Virus record (IMG/VR): IMGVR_UViG_3300010354_000371
Coordinates: 1-30,600 of that record
DNA from: a virus
Taxonomy: Duplodnaviria; Caudoviricetes
Length of the DNA stretch: 30,600 nucleotides
Strand: one strand, 5' to 3'
This document shows, one piece after another, positions 29,948 through 30,600 of the stretch. Each line of letters opens with the position of its first letter. The stretch's first letter is position 1. The notes under the pieces are model-generated. The model searched no databases. It saw only the letters and a list, made by a program, of their open reading frames with translations, and was not told the origin of the DNA. Both the position numbers and the translations under genes were made by a program.

Positions 29948-30145
29948 GTGGACACAACAACAGCACAACTACAACGATTATTTGAAGAATTTATAAAAGA
30001 AGACGAAAAGTTTACTAGCGGTAATGCGGCAGCAGGCACACGAGCTAGAAAGGCTTTAGCCGAAATGAACAAGGCTATTAAAACTAGACGTAATGAAATC
30101 ACAGCAGAAAAAGCAGCAAGGAAAGAGGCAAAGTCTGCCAAATGA
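29948..30145 (+). CDS. Histone H1-like Hc1-family small basic protein, 65 aa
   Basis: KFTSGNAAAGTRARKALAEM...RRNEI matches the GNxAAGTRARK motif of Hc1-like proteins; GTG start with an AAGGA SD. Confidence 0.8.
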   Translation: MDTTTAQLQRLFEEFIKEDEKFTSGNAAAGTRARKALAEMNKAIKTRRNEITAEKAARKEAKSAK

Positions 30146-30148
30146 TGG

Positions 30149-30583
30149 ATGTCTTGGACATTTCAAGGTAGCCAAATTAATGAATTACCCGAGGACTGTA
30201 TTGGTTTTGTTTACCTAATTACCAATACAGTAACAGGCAAAAAATATATAGGCAAAAAATTAAGTAAATTTTCTAAAACAACATATAAAACTGTTAAACT
30301 AAAAAACGGCACCAAGAAAAAGAAACGCATCAAAACTAAAATAGACTCAGACTGGCAGACATATTACGGCTCAAACGATCAATTAAATCAAGACGTAACT
30401 AAACTAGGCTCAGATAAATTTACAAGAGAAATACTTTTCTTTTGTAAATCTAAAGCAGAGTGTAGTTATGTCGAGGCACGCGAACAATTCACAAGAAAAG
30501 TATTAGAATCAGACGAATATTATAACGGACAGATTAGTGTCCGTGTCCATGGCTCCCACATCAAAGGCAAATTACTCGGTTAA
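30149..30583 (+). CDS. Free-standing GIY-YIG family nuclease-like protein, 144 aa
   Basis: GFVYLITN...KKYIGKK, YYGS, FTREIL, a conserved Glu (YVEAREQ) and YYN form the GIY-YIG catalytic domain; no appended DNA-binding repeats are visible. Confidence 0.82.
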   Translation: MSWTFQGSQINELPEDCIGFVYLITNTVTGKKYIGKKLSKFSKTTYKTVKLKNGTKKKKRIKTKIDSDWQTYYGSNDQLNQDVTKLGSDKFTREILFFCKSKAECSYVEAREQFTRKVLESDEYYNGQISVRVHGSHIKGKLLG

Positions 30584-30600
30584 CGGCTAGCGCAGGCTAA

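Noticed and set aside
18322-30141. Other short antisense ORFs (18322, 18606, 19051, 20166, 22806, 24126, 24507, 25783, 27482, 28550, 29926)
   Set aside because: Each lies opposite a well-supported gene and shows no independent evidence of coding.
1-30600. Stop-codon reassignment, introns or inteins, tRNAs, diversity-generating retroelement
   Set aside because: ORFs tile the window in the standard code with gaps too short for RNA genes. I recognised no intein, reverse transcriptase or template/variable repeat pair.

Overview
AT-rich, densely coding fragment of a large T4-related myovirus, probably a jumbo-type phage, read in the standard genetic code. The left 24.3 kb (minus strand) is a late structural operon: tube-initiator-like (gp48/54), gp53, gp27-like hub, gp5 spike with a C-terminal lytic transglycosylase, gp25, gp6, a giant 4351-aa gp7-like wedge/adhesin, a collagen-like fibre and a truncated gene at the window edge. 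It is punctuated by T4-type TAAATA late promoter motifs. From a divergent control region at about 24.33-24.44 kb, the plus strand carries a long gp55-type late sigma factor, gp47, a GT17 glycosyltransferase, gp46, a small helical protein, a 2OG-Fe(II) oxygenase, an Hc1-like protein and a GIY-YIG nuclease. The most notable observations are: (i) two sigma70 promoters each overlapped by a related 7-5-7 palindrome (ACAwAGr-N5-yCTwTGT), suggesting a phage operator; (ii) late promoters placed exactly 5 nt before ATG, suggesting leaderless late mRNAs; (iii) a large insertion in the late sigma factor; (iv) T-[S/A/T]-T motifs recurring in virion proteins plus GXT collagen next to a glycosyltransferase and a hydroxylase, hinting at virion glycosylation. 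All family assignments come from motif recognition by eye; no database search was run.
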